Source: a virus. From it: 64,000 bases of DNA. Under the pieces are notes generated by a model that ran no database searches, was not told where the DNA came from, and saw only the letters and a list, made by a program, of their open reading frames with translations. Shown here in pieces: positions 19,540 to 31,600 of the stretch (positions are counted from its first letter, which is position 1; each line of letters opens with the position of its first letter). The position numbers and the translations under genes are program-made. The stretch is taken from positions 1 through 64,000 of IMG/VR virus record IMGVR_UViG_3300032215_000682. One strand, given 5' to 3'.

Positions 19540-20189
19540 TGAGAACAAAAGAAATAATAGAAAAAGAACTTGATGATTTAATAAAAGAGCAAAACACTAG
19601 GTGGTATGCATTATTAAAAAAATGTCCAGGATTTTGTGATTTTTCAGATGAAGACTTTGATTCTAATGAAGGGTTAGAAAATATTAAAAAAAGAAGACTG
19701 GGGGATAATTATAAAGAATATTTAGAAATAATGAATTATAACAATTTATTCTCACCTTTATATCAAGAATTAGATGCTCTTAATTTTGAAAAAGCAAAAG
19801 AAATATCTCCAACAGTGTTAGATAAATCTGTAGCTTTAGAAGTACATAGTATATTATTAGAACAAGATTTTTATAATAAACATATTAGCAAAGATGAGGA
19901 TTTTAATTATGCTAAAATATTATATTCTTGTTGCTATAATGATAATTGGAATGATTTAATTGTAAAAGAAATTCATTTATTAAAAGATTTAGGAAAAGAT
20001 ACAATTCCTTTAAAAATAATTGAAATATATAAAGAAGAAAATCTTCCTAATGATGAATATGAATCACAATATAAAGATCATTCTAGCATTGAAATTGAAA
20101 TGTATCATTGTTCTATTTATTCTTTTAATGATAATTGGCAATCATTAATTATAACAAAAGAAAGAATGTTTAATTTAAAGAAAATATGA
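19539..20189 (+). CDS. Hypothetical protein
   Basis: 216 aa, coupled. Confidence 0.65.
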   Translation: MRTKEIIEKELDDLIKEQNTRWYALLKKCPGFCDFSDEDFDSNEGLENIKKRRLGDNYKEYLEIMNYNNLFSPLYQELDALNFEKAKEISPTVLDKSVALEVHSILLEQDFYNKHISKDEDFNYAKILYSCCYNDNWNDLIVKEIHLLKDLGKDTIPLKIIEIYKEENLPNDEYESQYKDHSSIEIEMYHCSIYSFNDNWQSLIITKERMFNLKKI

Positions 20190-20536
20190 CAGAAAAAGAA
20201 ATAAAAGATAAAATAGAAGTTTTAAAAAAATCATTTCCTAATTTAGATGCTATATTAGTAGATTATAATGGAAGTGGAGATAGTTTTGATAGTTTTAATT
20301 ACATAAGAGGATTAAAAGAAAAAGAAGAAATTAATATTAATATTGATTATGATACAGATTTTAATTCTTTACTGTGGGAAATATTAGATAAATCAGATGC
20401 AGATTTTAATAATGAAGGTAGTGAAGGTACTATCACTATAGATTTAAAAAATATAAATGTCATTTGTGAAAATTATTATATTGAATACACAAGAGTATTA
20501 TCTGGTAAGTTTTTCCTTTTAAATAATAAAGAATGA
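20186..20536 (+). CDS. DUF6878-like protein
   Basis: VDYNGSGDS and FNNEGSEGTITID motifs. Confidence 0.65.
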   Translation: MTEKEIKDKIEVLKKSFPNLDAILVDYNGSGDSFDSFNYIRGLKEKEEININIDYDTDFNSLLWEILDKSDADFNNEGSEGTITIDLKNINVICENYYIEYTRVLSGKFFLLNNKE

Positions 20537-21381
20537 TTTTATACAAAGATTGGGGAAAGCACATAAGGTTGGGTAATTGGCTTTTTATTTATTCAGGACT
20601 TTCTGCTATATCTTATAAAACTGGTAATCCTATGTATTTACCAGAAAATTATTTCTTATGGCAATATTTAAAATATCCTCCAGAATTTGATAATAATATT
20701 TCAGTAGATGAAACATTTCATTTTAGACAAACTAACTATACTAAAGATGAATTTAATTATCTAATAGATTATTTTTCTTTAAATAGAGATAGAAATATAA
20801 ATATAAATTTAGGGTCACATCTTCAATCAGAAAAGTTTATAGAAAGTGATATAGATTATATTAAAACTATAATGCAATTTAAAGAAGAAGAAGTGCAAAA
20901 AGTTAGAAATAAATATTCTCATATTTTAAATAAAAAAACTATTGGAATAGGAATCAGACTTGGAGATTTTGTTAATCATGGATGCTTTTATCAAATACCT
21001 CTAGAATGGTATTTAAAAGCTCTACAAGCTGAGTTTAAAGATTGGATGGACTGTAACATATTATTTTTCTCAGATGACATAGAGAAGCTTAAAACTATAT
21101 TTAAGAGAGAGAATTATTATTTTGCAACACCAAATAATACACATACACATATTGACTCATTTAAGCATTATCATGGTAATCCTATGGAGCAATTTATATT
21201 AGGAACATTATGTCAAGGATTTGTGGGAGGTTCTAGCACCTTTAGCTGGTGGCAAATGTGGTATATACATAATAATGGAGGAAAAGTAGTACATAGTGGA
21301 CAAAACTTAGCTGGAGAATGTTTACAGAAATTTTATAATCCTGATTACTATCCAAAAAACTGGAAATTATTTCCTTGTTAA
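20533..21381 (+). CDS. GT11-like (alpha-1,2-fucosyltransferase family) glycosyltransferase
   Basis: RLGNWLF, LQSEKF, IGIRLGDF, FFSDD, SSTFSWW. Confidence 0.8.
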   Translation: MILYKDWGKHIRLGNWLFIYSGLSAISYKTGNPMYLPENYFLWQYLKYPPEFDNNISVDETFHFRQTNYTKDEFNYLIDYFSLNRDRNININLGSHLQSEKFIESDIDYIKTIMQFKEEEVQKVRNKYSHILNKKTIGIGIRLGDFVNHGCFYQIPLEWYLKALQAEFKDWMDCNILFFSDDIEKLKTIFKRENYYFATPNNTHTHIDSFKHYHGNPMEQFILGTLCQGFVGGSSTFSWWQMWYIHNNGGKVVHSGQNLAGECLQKFYNPDYYPKNWKLFPC

Positions 21382-21395
21382 ACTAATAGAAAACC

Positions 21396-21439
21396 AAATC
21401 CTCATTAGATTCCTATAAAGGTTTCTTTTGGGGATTTTT
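21396..21439 (+). terminator. Long interrupted hairpin with T tract after the GT11 gene
   Basis: AAATCCTCA / TGGGGATTT outer stem plus an inner stem-loop. Confidence 0.6.
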
Positions 21440-21465
21440 ATTGAAATTACAAAAAAATAATTAAT

Positions 21466-21765
21466 ATGAAACAAAACAAACAAAAATTAGATTTTTATTT
21501 TCTTGATGAAGCAAGATTAATAGCTATATCATTACATAAAAAAGAGCAAAATAAACTTCCTAAACTAACATTACCTATATTTAAAAAAATAATAGAAACT
21601 CAATCGCCTTATGCAGGATTATGTGAATTTAACTATTATCTTTCTAAATATTCTATTTCAGATAAAACTAGAAAACAATTAGTTGATCTTGGGTATAATG
21701 TTATTTATATTACTGGAACTCTTACAATACAAATACCTTATGCTCATTATAACTATGGGAAGTAA
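21466..21765 (+). CDS. Hypothetical protein, last + strand gene
   Basis: 99 aa between the two hairpins. Confidence 0.55.
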   Translation: MKQNKQKLDFYFLDEARLIAISLHKKEQNKLPKLTLPIFKKIIETQSPYAGLCEFNYYLSKYSISDKTRKQLVDLGYNVIYITGTLTIQIPYAHYNYGK

Positions 21766-21790
21766 GAAATTTAAATATAATTTAAATAGC

Positions 21791-21840
21791 AAAATGCTCT
21801 ACAAAGATTTCCATAAAGGATTTCTGAGTAGAGCATTTTT
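21791..21840. terminator. Bidirectional terminator where the two genome halves converge
   Basis: Perfect 12-bp inverted repeat AAAATGCTCTAC / GTAGAGCATTTT. Confidence 0.8.
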
Positions 21841-21881
21841 ATTTTATACTCTTTGTTTGAGTTGCCTGAGGTAGCAGGAAG

Positions 21882-21992
21882 TTAACAGCCTTTTTTATTC
21901 ATCTTGCCACCATTTTTCATTTTAGGTGCAAGCTTAGGCATTGGTGAAGGAGATTTCACTGGTTTTGTAGGTTTTTTAGTTGTCTTTTTCAT
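21882..21992 (-). CDS. 36-aa Lys/Pro-rich peptide with an MKNGG motif (not in the ORF track)
   Basis: MKKTTKKPTKPVKSPSPMPKLAPKMKNGGKMNKKGC; A-rich leader; ends just before the terminator. Confidence 0.7.
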   Translation of the reverse strand: MKKTTKKPTKPVKSPSPMPKLAPKMKNGGKMNKKGC

Positions 21993-22018
21993 TTTTGTTT
22001 ATTTATTTATTTATTCAA

Positions 22019-22336
22019 TTATTTTCCCCAATTTTCTTTTAAATTACCTTTCTCATCTATATCTGATTGATAAAAAGGTTTAAATATTCCTTCATTAATA
22101 TGTCTTTGTTGAATAAGATTTCTCACTGTTATACAATTAAGAACAGTTTTATTCTCTTCTTCAAATTCTCTAAGACCTAGTGTCAAAGCACTAAATTCTT
22201 TTCCTGTTAATGTTACTACTGAGTCTTCACTCCATGCAAATCCTAGAGGTTGTTTAGCTCCTGTCATAGCAACTTCTACTGTAGGCTCATCTACACCATA
22301 ATCTTTTTCCATTTTTGTTTCTTTTTGTTTTTTCAT
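22019..22336 (-). CDS. Hypothetical protein
   Basis: 105-aa ORF. Confidence 0.7.
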   Translation of the reverse strand: MKKQKETKMEKDYGVDEPTVEVAMTGAKQPLGFAWSEDSVVTLTGKEFSALTLGLREFEEENKTVLNCITVRNLIQQRHINEGIFKPFYQSDIDEKGNLKENWGK

Positions 22337-22342
22337 TTTTAA

Positions 22343-22594
22343 TTATTGTTTTTGTTTTAATTCAATTTTTTCTGAGTATTTAATAAATATACCTAATAGA
22401 GAGTGGGCAAGATGTCCTAGATATTCATCTTTAAGTGTAATAAATTCTCCATTAGAAAGAAATATTCTAGTTTCTCCATAAGGATTTTGTAAAATAGTGT
22501 AGATTAAGTCTTCATCTTGTAAATAATCACTAGTAGAATCTTTGTAAAACTTTCTAACAGAAAAGAACCCATCTGTTGTCATTTCTAAATTCAT
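22343..22594 (-). CDS. Hypothetical protein
   Basis: 83-aa ORF downstream of a promoter motif. Confidence 0.65.
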   Translation of the reverse strand: MNLEMTTDGFFSVRKFYKDSTSDYLQDEDLIYTILQNPYGETRIFLSNGEFITLKDEYLGHLAHSLLGIFIKYSEKIELKQKQ

Positions 22595-22621
22595 TTTTAA
22601 TTTTTAATTAATATCAATATA

Positions 22622-22653
22622 CAAAAGTAAGGAATATTTTTCAATATTCCAAA
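22622..22653 (-). promoter_or_regulatory. Promoter TTTGGAA-N17-TACTTTTG
   Basis: Bacteroidota -33 TTTG / -7 TAnnTTTG match. Confidence 0.7.
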
Positions 22654-22691
22654 TATTTAATAATTTTTAACAGAAATAGTTTGAAAAACTA

Positions 22692-25600
22692 TTATTTAGC
22701 TTTAGAATTAATAGCTCTTCTATAATTAATAGCAGCAGTTTGAGGATCAGCAAATTTACCATAAAAGCTCCATACACCTGTTAATTCTAACAAATCTTGT
22801 TGCCATTTTAAGTCTCCTTTTTTATGTAAAGCTGTTGTTTTCTTAAATTCTTCTTGTGAAGCTAAATCAGAAAATACATTTAAATAAGATGTAATAACAG
22901 AAGCTGCTGAAGGAGCCATAATAAAATCTTTATATTGTGTAGGACTAACAATTGTCTCTGTTTCATTCTGGAGTCTTAATAATTGATATAATAAATAAGC
23001 CTCTCCATCTGACATCTGATTAATAGCTCTATTTTTATCTTTATCACTTCCACCTCCTATTAATAATGATGTTACAGTGTATAAAATAGCCATTACTCCT
23101 AACTCTTTAAAGAATTTTAATGTATTCATTTTCTCTTCTTCTGTTAAATAAGAATAATCAAATGATTTATTTCTATACATTTTACTAAAAGTATTAAGAG
23201 CTGAGGCCCAATATCCTAAATATGTTCCTGTTATAGGATTATATCTTGGAGCTATTGTAAATCCATCTTTTATACTAAAGCTACTGTTAGCAGAGTCATA
23301 AGCAAAGTGATTTAGAAACTTTTGTATAAAGAATTTCTTTAAGAACAAGGCAAAATTGATATAAGTGTATTGTTCTAATAATGTTCTATCAGCTTTTGCA
23401 TAAGCACCTTGACTATCTCTTACAGATTTTTGAATGTTTCTTTTTAAATCAAGAAATTTCTCTCCTGTAAATAATTCCCATTCTTTGTCAACACCAGCTT
23501 TTAATTGTATATTTCCTTTAGAATTAAGCTCATAAGCATCAGCTAATGAAATAAGCCCTTCTTTTGAATCAACCTTGGTGGCATACATATAAGCAGAATA
23601 AATTCTTGATTGAGCATAATATTCTGTTTTAGATCTAAGCCCCATTAGTACATCTAATGACATTCCATATTTTAATTTAGATTTTCCTTGTGCTAATGTT
23701 TCATGTAATGTTTTTTCTTGAACACCTTCAAAAGCTCTAAATAACAATGTATCAGCAGAATATTTACCCAACTCATTAAAGAAATCATTAAATGTATTTC
23801 CCATTATTCTTGTATGTAAAGCTGCTGATTGGTGATACTGTCTTTGTGTATAATGATTGTTTCCAGCATTAATAAAATTCTGTGTCATTGCATCTGTAAA
23901 GTTTACAATATCACTAGAAATATTAAATTTAAGGAATTTTAAAGCTCCTAGTCCTTTAATAACTCCCACCACTTTATCTGCTGTAGGCCCCATTTCATAC
24001 ACCTTAGATTGTCCATAAAACTCTCTAGCAACATAAACATCTAAAGCATCAAGTCTATTATTTTTTCCAGAAGATATTCCAAATAATTTTTTATCATTAG
24101 TTTTAGGAACATTTTTTTCAAATATTTCTCTCAATGATTTAGCATAAGGCAAAGCTTCTTTTAACACTTCATTAGTTTTTAAAGCCATTCCATATTGTAA
24201 TAAGGATTTTCTCAAGTCTGTAGAAACATCATTAATATCCATTTCATCTAAATAAGGAACAGCAATATCAGCAGCTCCTTTCTTTAAAGAAAATACATCA
24301 GGAGATTCATCAGATATTGTATCATCTGTTATTTTAAAATTACCTGTTTCTGAAGAATATTCTTGAAGTCCTTTGAACCAACTTTTCACCCTATCCCATG
24401 TATTAGCACTAAAATCTTGGGGTTTTCTAACAGCATTAACATTTCTTTCATAAGAGTCTTTTCTTTCTCTAGGAATTTCATTCCAAAGTTTTTTCTTCTT
24501 TTGAACAGCTAATTCTTGATTGTATAAATGATATTTCTTTTGAATTTCAAGGATATTAAATAATGCTTTGTCTTTAGGGTCTGTGCTATTTTGCAACCTA
24601 AAATAATCTTTATTAACATATTTATCAGAAGACAATTTAGGAAGAAAATTGCCTCTATTATCTGTTGTAATTCCTACAATTTGTTTAGTTTTATATTCAT
24701 CTTTAAGTAGTCTTATTGTATAATCTTTAGAAGGCAATGTTTCAATGAATTTAGGGTCTGTTGGTTGCACTTTTGACCATTGATATAGTCTATTCCATTT
24801 TTCCACTTTATGTCCTATAGCTTCATCATATACTAGAGATTTAAAATGGTTTTTGTCCCACCATTCTTTAAATTCTTTATTTTCTAATAATTCATTTAAT
24901 TGTGGAGAATTTAATATGTCAACTCCATTAAGCCTCCCATCATCATCTATTTTAATATTAGAAGCATCATTAAAAGCTTGAATATAATAAGGTGTAGGTT
25001 GCCTAGATTGCATTTCTCTAAGCTGTATAAAAATAGACTTAATTTCTTTCATTTTAGCTTTAGAAAGAGAAGAAGCTTTACTTTTACCATCAAGCTCTTT
25101 AAATTCCTCATTTTCTGCTGTAGAAAGTCCTTTATGACGTTTATCATATAATTCTTTCCACCTTAAAGAATCTTTTTCATTAAGTCCAGAAAATGAATTA
25201 AATGTTTCTTTTATTTTCTCAATCTCTTCTTGTAATTCTTTAATTTTAGCAGCAGACTCCTCACTAATATCTGTTCCTACAGGTTGTCCATCTACATCCC
25301 TATATCCATATGTTAAATCAAATATTTTTTGATATTTTTCTCCAATGTTTGTTTTACTAAAATCAGAATTAGGAATTTCAGAAATAAGCTCATTAAGTCT
25401 AGCAGAAAGAGCATTTCTAAGAGCATAAAAATCTTGGCTTATTACTTGTCTAGTATTTTCTTTCTCCCATTTAGCTGTTCCATCAATATATTCTTGGGAA
25501 TCTATTCCATATTTAGCTATTAACAAATTCATGTTATTAAGCTTATCTCTTTCAAAAGCTCTAGTGTTTGTAACATAATCATAATGTTGATTGTCCACTT

Positions 25601-28600
25601 TAGCTATTTCTTGTGCTCTTTGAGCTATTTGTAATTCTATTCCTGTTTTATATTCTCCATTTTTATTAGTGAGTCTTTTTAGTTCAATAAGTTGTTCAGA
25701 ATACATAGCCTTATCAGCTTTCTCTTGTTCTGTAGCTGTACCTTCTGATATTTTAGAATCAATATATTCTAATTGATTGTAAATAACACTTCTTCTTTCT
25801 CTTAGTTCACTTCCTATTTCATCATTATATAATTTATCATATGTTTCATAATATTCATCTGTCTTACTTCTCACCATATGTTTAGCTTGCCATTTAGCAT
25901 ATTCTAGTATTTTAGCCTTTAATTCAGCATCAACATTCTCTCCTTGCTCTTTTTTAATCTTTAAATCTCTAATTGTATGAAGAAATAAATCTCTATCATA
26001 CATATAATTTTTGTATGGATTTAAATAAGTCAGCACTTTCTTCATATTTCCATCTCTATCCATTTGTGTATCAGCAAATGTAATTAAATCAGAAAGTCTT
26101 TTAGTAAAAGCAATGGGATCAAAGCCTACAGCTTTATAATGAGGAGCGAGTTCTCTATCCATAGAAATTTGTATATCATTTCCATATTTAGTAACTTTTT
26201 CCTTCATACTTTCAACATAACTAACAAATCCTCCTAAAATAGGATCTGCAATATCTCTAAAAGAATTAAAGAATTTAGAATTTCTACTTAAATCTCCTTT
26301 TAACCCTTTTAAAAATCCTAGAATATTCTTGTCATTAGTAAAATCATAATCTTTAATTGATTTCTCATGATTTTCTATTCTTTGTTTTGTATTCCTAATA
26401 AGGGCTACATCATTTTTTTTCTCAGCCCTTGCAAGAATTAGCTCTTCAGATTTAATTTCTTTTCTATGCCAATCTTGCATGTGTGTTGCAGCAGAATTCA
26501 TATATTTCTGTAAAAAGGACACCATTCCTGTTGTATCATTTCTTAAAACATATCTTCTAGCATCTTCTATTTTTCCTAATGTATGTATGACATCATTATA
26601 TATCTCATGAGGAAATCCTTCATTCATAGCTCTTACAGTTTCTAATGAAGCTTCATAAGAATTCATTAATTCCATATAATTAGCTAATAAAGAAATATTT
26701 TCTTTAGCATTTTTACTATCACTAGTTATTTCTTTTATTCTATTAAAAGAAAGCTCTGTTAATTTTTTAATTGTAGCAATTCCATCACTTAAAGCAAGTA
26801 TTTTCAAATCAATGTCTCCACTTTTAATAGCAGAATCCAGTCTTCTTGATATTTCAAAATAAGCATTACTATTTGTAATGTCATCTTGATACAATTCTCT
26901 TTGTTCTTTAAAAGGAGCTGTCTTTAAATCAAATTCATTTCTTTTAAAATATTTTAATATTTTCTCAAGCATTGGTTGAACACTAGCTTCTTCTATTGTA
27001 TTTTTTAATAGAGTGTTATACTTTAAAACATCTTCTTTTACATCTTCCCTGTCTTGAGAATCTAATGCTGTTAGTACATAATTGTTTTTATCTATATTAC
27101 TTTCTAAAACATCTTGAGAACTATTATAAGCTTCTTCTACTACATCTAATGATTTATTTAATAAATGGTCTAATAATGTATATTCTTTAAAATTAAGTCC
27201 AAACATTTGTGTAAGAGCATTCATCAAGAATGATTTTATTTCTTCCCATTTATTTGTATAAGCTTTATATGGAGAAGGTTTTGATGCTAATAGTTTTTGG
27301 AAAGACTCATCTGTTAAAATAGCTGTTAAAAATTCATCAACATTAGTGAAGCCATATTCTTTTTGTTCACTTTCAGACATACTTTCCTTGGTAATTCTGT
27401 AAAGATTACCAAATTCCTTAGCAAGCTTTTCATTAGAATGTAAAAAGTCTCTTGTATTAGCATGTAATATTTCATGTAAAATTAAACCTTCTAAATTCTT
27501 TGAGGGTTTATCAACAATTATTATTACATTATTTTTAGGATCATAAAATCCTGCTATATTTTTAACATCTGCTTCTTTATATACTTTTAATTTATTATCT
27601 AAAATATATTGTTCAGCTTCTTCTTGAGAAAGTAATGAAATTGGAACAGGATTGTGTTCATATCTAGCTATAATACTGCCTAATTTTTGAATATAAGGGG
27701 TATTAGAGCTATTAATTATTCTATTTAATACATCTGTACTATTTACAATAGTTTTGTCTTTAAATAGCTTGTTTTTGATTATATTATATTTCTCTTGTGT
27801 TTGTTTTTCTCCATCTTTAGAAAGTAGTATATGATTTTTAATGGTGTCATCAATACTTAATTTCCACCATTGATTATCATATTCATCAGTAATTCTTTCT
27901 ATTTTATCTCCATATATTTTCCTTAAAGTATTACCTACTCTAGTTTCATAAAATGTCCAAATAGGTTTTAAAGCTCCAAATCCTTCAGTTTCTACTCTTT
28001 GAATTTCATTTTTTAATTGTTGAATCTCATTATCAATTCCTTCTATACTTTTTTCAAAAGTTCCAGAAATAGCTTTTTCATTTCTAGTTTTATTAAAACT
28101 TTCTGTAACATCTTCTACTTTATAATAATCTTCTACCCACCAATCTTTCTTTTTAGCTTCTTCTAAGCTAGTAGCAAAATAATTTTGATGATAACTAGGA
28201 TCATAATTTTCGGGTTTAAAACTTAATACTTTTTCTTTTTTAGTACTAAATTCTTCTCTTTCTCTTAAAGTATTTTCTTTTCTTTTTTCTAATTCTAATA
28301 TTCTACCTTCCTTTTCTTTTTTAAATTCCTCTAAAGTACTGTGACCTTCTATTTTACTAGCTGTATCACCTGTAGGAAACCAAATTTCTTTCATTCCCTG
28401 TTTTGCAGCATCTTGTATTTGAGCTTTAATAAAGAAACTCACCCAATTTCCTTCTTTGTTTAGGAGTTGTAGGAATTGATTTTTAGATGTATTAGGATTA
28501 GGTAAACTGTATTTTAAATAATTATCTGTAAAAATATCTTGAAAATAATTAACTCCTTTGTAAGTATATGAAAATTGACCATCTTCATCTTCTTCTTCAA

Positions 28601-31600
28601 CTCCTAATCTTTTTGAAATTTCAAACTCCTCTTTATTAGAATCTGTTATATTAAAAGACATTTCATTGTCTTGTACTAAATCTTTTTTATCCCTACCTTT
28701 TTGAAATAAATCACTTTGGTTTTCATTTACAGCTAATATACCTTTTTCTTTATTTATTGTTACTCTACTCCACCCAATTCCATTATCTGTACTAAATTGA
28801 GCATGACCTTTTATACTAGGAATAATTCCTGGTACAGCTATTTCTCTTTCCTCATACTCCCAACCATTTGATTTAGTATGTCCTGTGGCTGTTAGATTTG
28901 AATAATATTGTGTGTTTATATTTTCTTCCTGGGTTTTTTTATTTAAAGCCTTTTCATATTCTTTATCAGATATTTCTTTACCATCTTTAAAATATATATC
29001 AAAAGATGGATTTTCAAATCCTCTATGATTCTCTTCTCCTCCTACTATTTCTACTCTATATTCAGAACCATTCAAATCAAAATTTGGAGAATTTAGCCTT
29101 AGTTTAGCAGCAGTATTGTATTCTTTTTCTTTAGCAGTATTAATCTCAACCCCATAACTTAAATCAGCTAATACTCCTGTAATAATATCATTAATAGATT
29201 CAGGTTTATTATTTTTAGCCCAATCAACTATTATCTCTTTTTGTTCTTTAGGTATTTGAAGTTCTGTAAGAGTTTTATTTAAATCCCATCCAGCTTTTTT
29301 ACCTTTATTCCAAATTTCTTGAGCTTTTGATGTAGATAATAATTCAATAGCTTTTAGTTTATATTGTACTTCATTATCATTTGCTTGAGAAGGTATTTTT
29401 TGAAAAGGTAATTCATCATTATTAAATAAATCACTATTATTATTTTCTTTCTTTACCTCACTTCTAATTAAAGAAGCTGGATACTTTTTAGATACTTCTT
29501 TTAAGGCTGATATTTTTTTATTTATTAGAGTTTGAGAATTTTTTTCTTTAGATTCTATATTTTTAAGAATTTCTAACTCTACTTTAGCATCTTTTAGCAT
29601 TTTTTCATTTTGCTCTTTAGAATAAACTTTAAAGTTATTATTTTTTAAAGCAAGAGTACTTTCCTTTATAATATGCTCTAAAGTACTTATTCTACCTTCA
29701 TCACTTATATTACTTTTAATTTCACTAAGACTTAATTTTAAATCATTTTTAGTAATGGTAGGTGATATTCCTTTTTGAGCATCTACTTGAATACTAGTTA
29801 CTATATAACTATGTTGATAGTCTAGTTGAGATAATCTATTTGCTAATGTTTGAGCTTCTTCTCTTGTATTAAATATATTAGGCTCTCCTTTAACTTTAAA
29901 TTTAGTAACTTTTTCTTTATCTTGTGTGTTAATTTCAGGTTTCTCTAATTTACCAAACTTTTGATCTAATATTTTATTAATATTATCAATTAGTTTTTTA
30001 GTTGTATATGGAACTGTATCATCATATTCAAGTCTAAAATTATTATTAAGAGCAATTCCAAGTTCATTATGATGATGGGACAAATTATCTACAATATCTA
30101 CAAGATTGGGTTGTACAGAATTAATATTATTTAAAGATGGGTATTTTGTATAAGAAACTCCTAATAATTCTGATTGCTTAGATTTATTAATTTTTGCTGC
30201 TGCATCCCATACACTTCCTGAATAAGCATCTGTATTAGTTGCCCATTTAATATCTTCAGATTTAGGATATATTACAAATTTAATTTTACTTCCATCCTCT
30301 AAATGTCCTATTTTTCTATCTATAGGTTTAGTAAATGCTGAAATAGTAAATTCTCCTCCTGCTTTTTGATTATCTTCAATATGATGTAAAATGTTTTGAA
30401 ACATTAAATTAACATCAAAATCTGAATATGCTCCTACAACAGAATAAAATCCTTGCCCTCTTGAATATATTTCTTCAGGATTATATTTTATACCATTTAT
30501 TTTTTTCCATTCTTCTATTATTTCTTTAGATTGTTCATATTCTTTATTTTTATTTTTAAAATCATCTAAAGTATTTTCACCAAACTCTTTGTGAAAATCA
30601 ATATGATTTTTTTCTATAAACTCTTGAAAAGAATCAAAATTAGTAACAGCATTATATCCACTATCATCCCCATAAAACTCAGGTTGCCAATTTTCACCAT
30701 AGGAATAATTAAAATGAAGCCATTCTCCATCTGCTTGTAGGAACAGTTTTCTAATATCATTAAGAATATGTTCATTATCTAATCCATTAGAGATTGCCTT
30801 ACTGATAAAATCATCTAACATTACTCCATATTTATTATAAATAGGTTGTCCTTTATCAATACTTTCTTGAGCAGTAGTATTACTTAAATCAGGTTCTATA
30901 GCATTTTTAGCTAATTCTCCAACATGTTTTAATGCTTGAGAATATGTGCTAAACTTATTATTATCAGGAGTGGTATATTCCACTTTATATCCTGGAAGAA
31001 TAATTTTAGAGTTAGAATAAGCTAATAAATCAGATAGTTCTCCTAAAGTAAGATTTTCAGGGAGACTTTCTACGTTAATTTCTTTTTGTTTAAGCAAATC
31101 TCTTACAAAACTTTTAACTTCTGCTAATACTCTTTTAAGAAGAGAAATAAGTTTTCCATCTTTTACCCTATCTAGCTTTTCAGCAGTGTATTCTCCAAGT
31201 AATTGTACAATAGCTTCTTCTTGTTGTTCTTCTAGAGTATAAGGAATATTAGTTGCCTCTAATTCAGATTCAGCTTCTTCCCTATTTTTAAAGAAAGTAC
31301 TTCTTTGTTTTGCAGTACTTGAAACATTATAACCTTTAATAATACCATTTTCTATATAAGGTACAAGATTAAAATCATTTTTAAACTGATAATCCTTTTT
31401 AATTCTATCTAATACTTCCTTACCTCTTCCTTCTTCTAATTCTTTAAGAAGATTTTGGTATAATACATTAGGCTCATAATTATTATCAGATTTTTCTCCT
31501 ATCTTATCAATAGTTCTTAATACTAAATTACCATCTTTATCGTAGGTACCAGACTTACTTTTAGTTCCATCTTTTAAATAAAAATCTTTTTCTTTTAAAT

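Noticed and set aside
21683-21874. 63-aa + strand ORF
   Set aside because: Overlaps the preceding gene and runs through the bidirectional terminator
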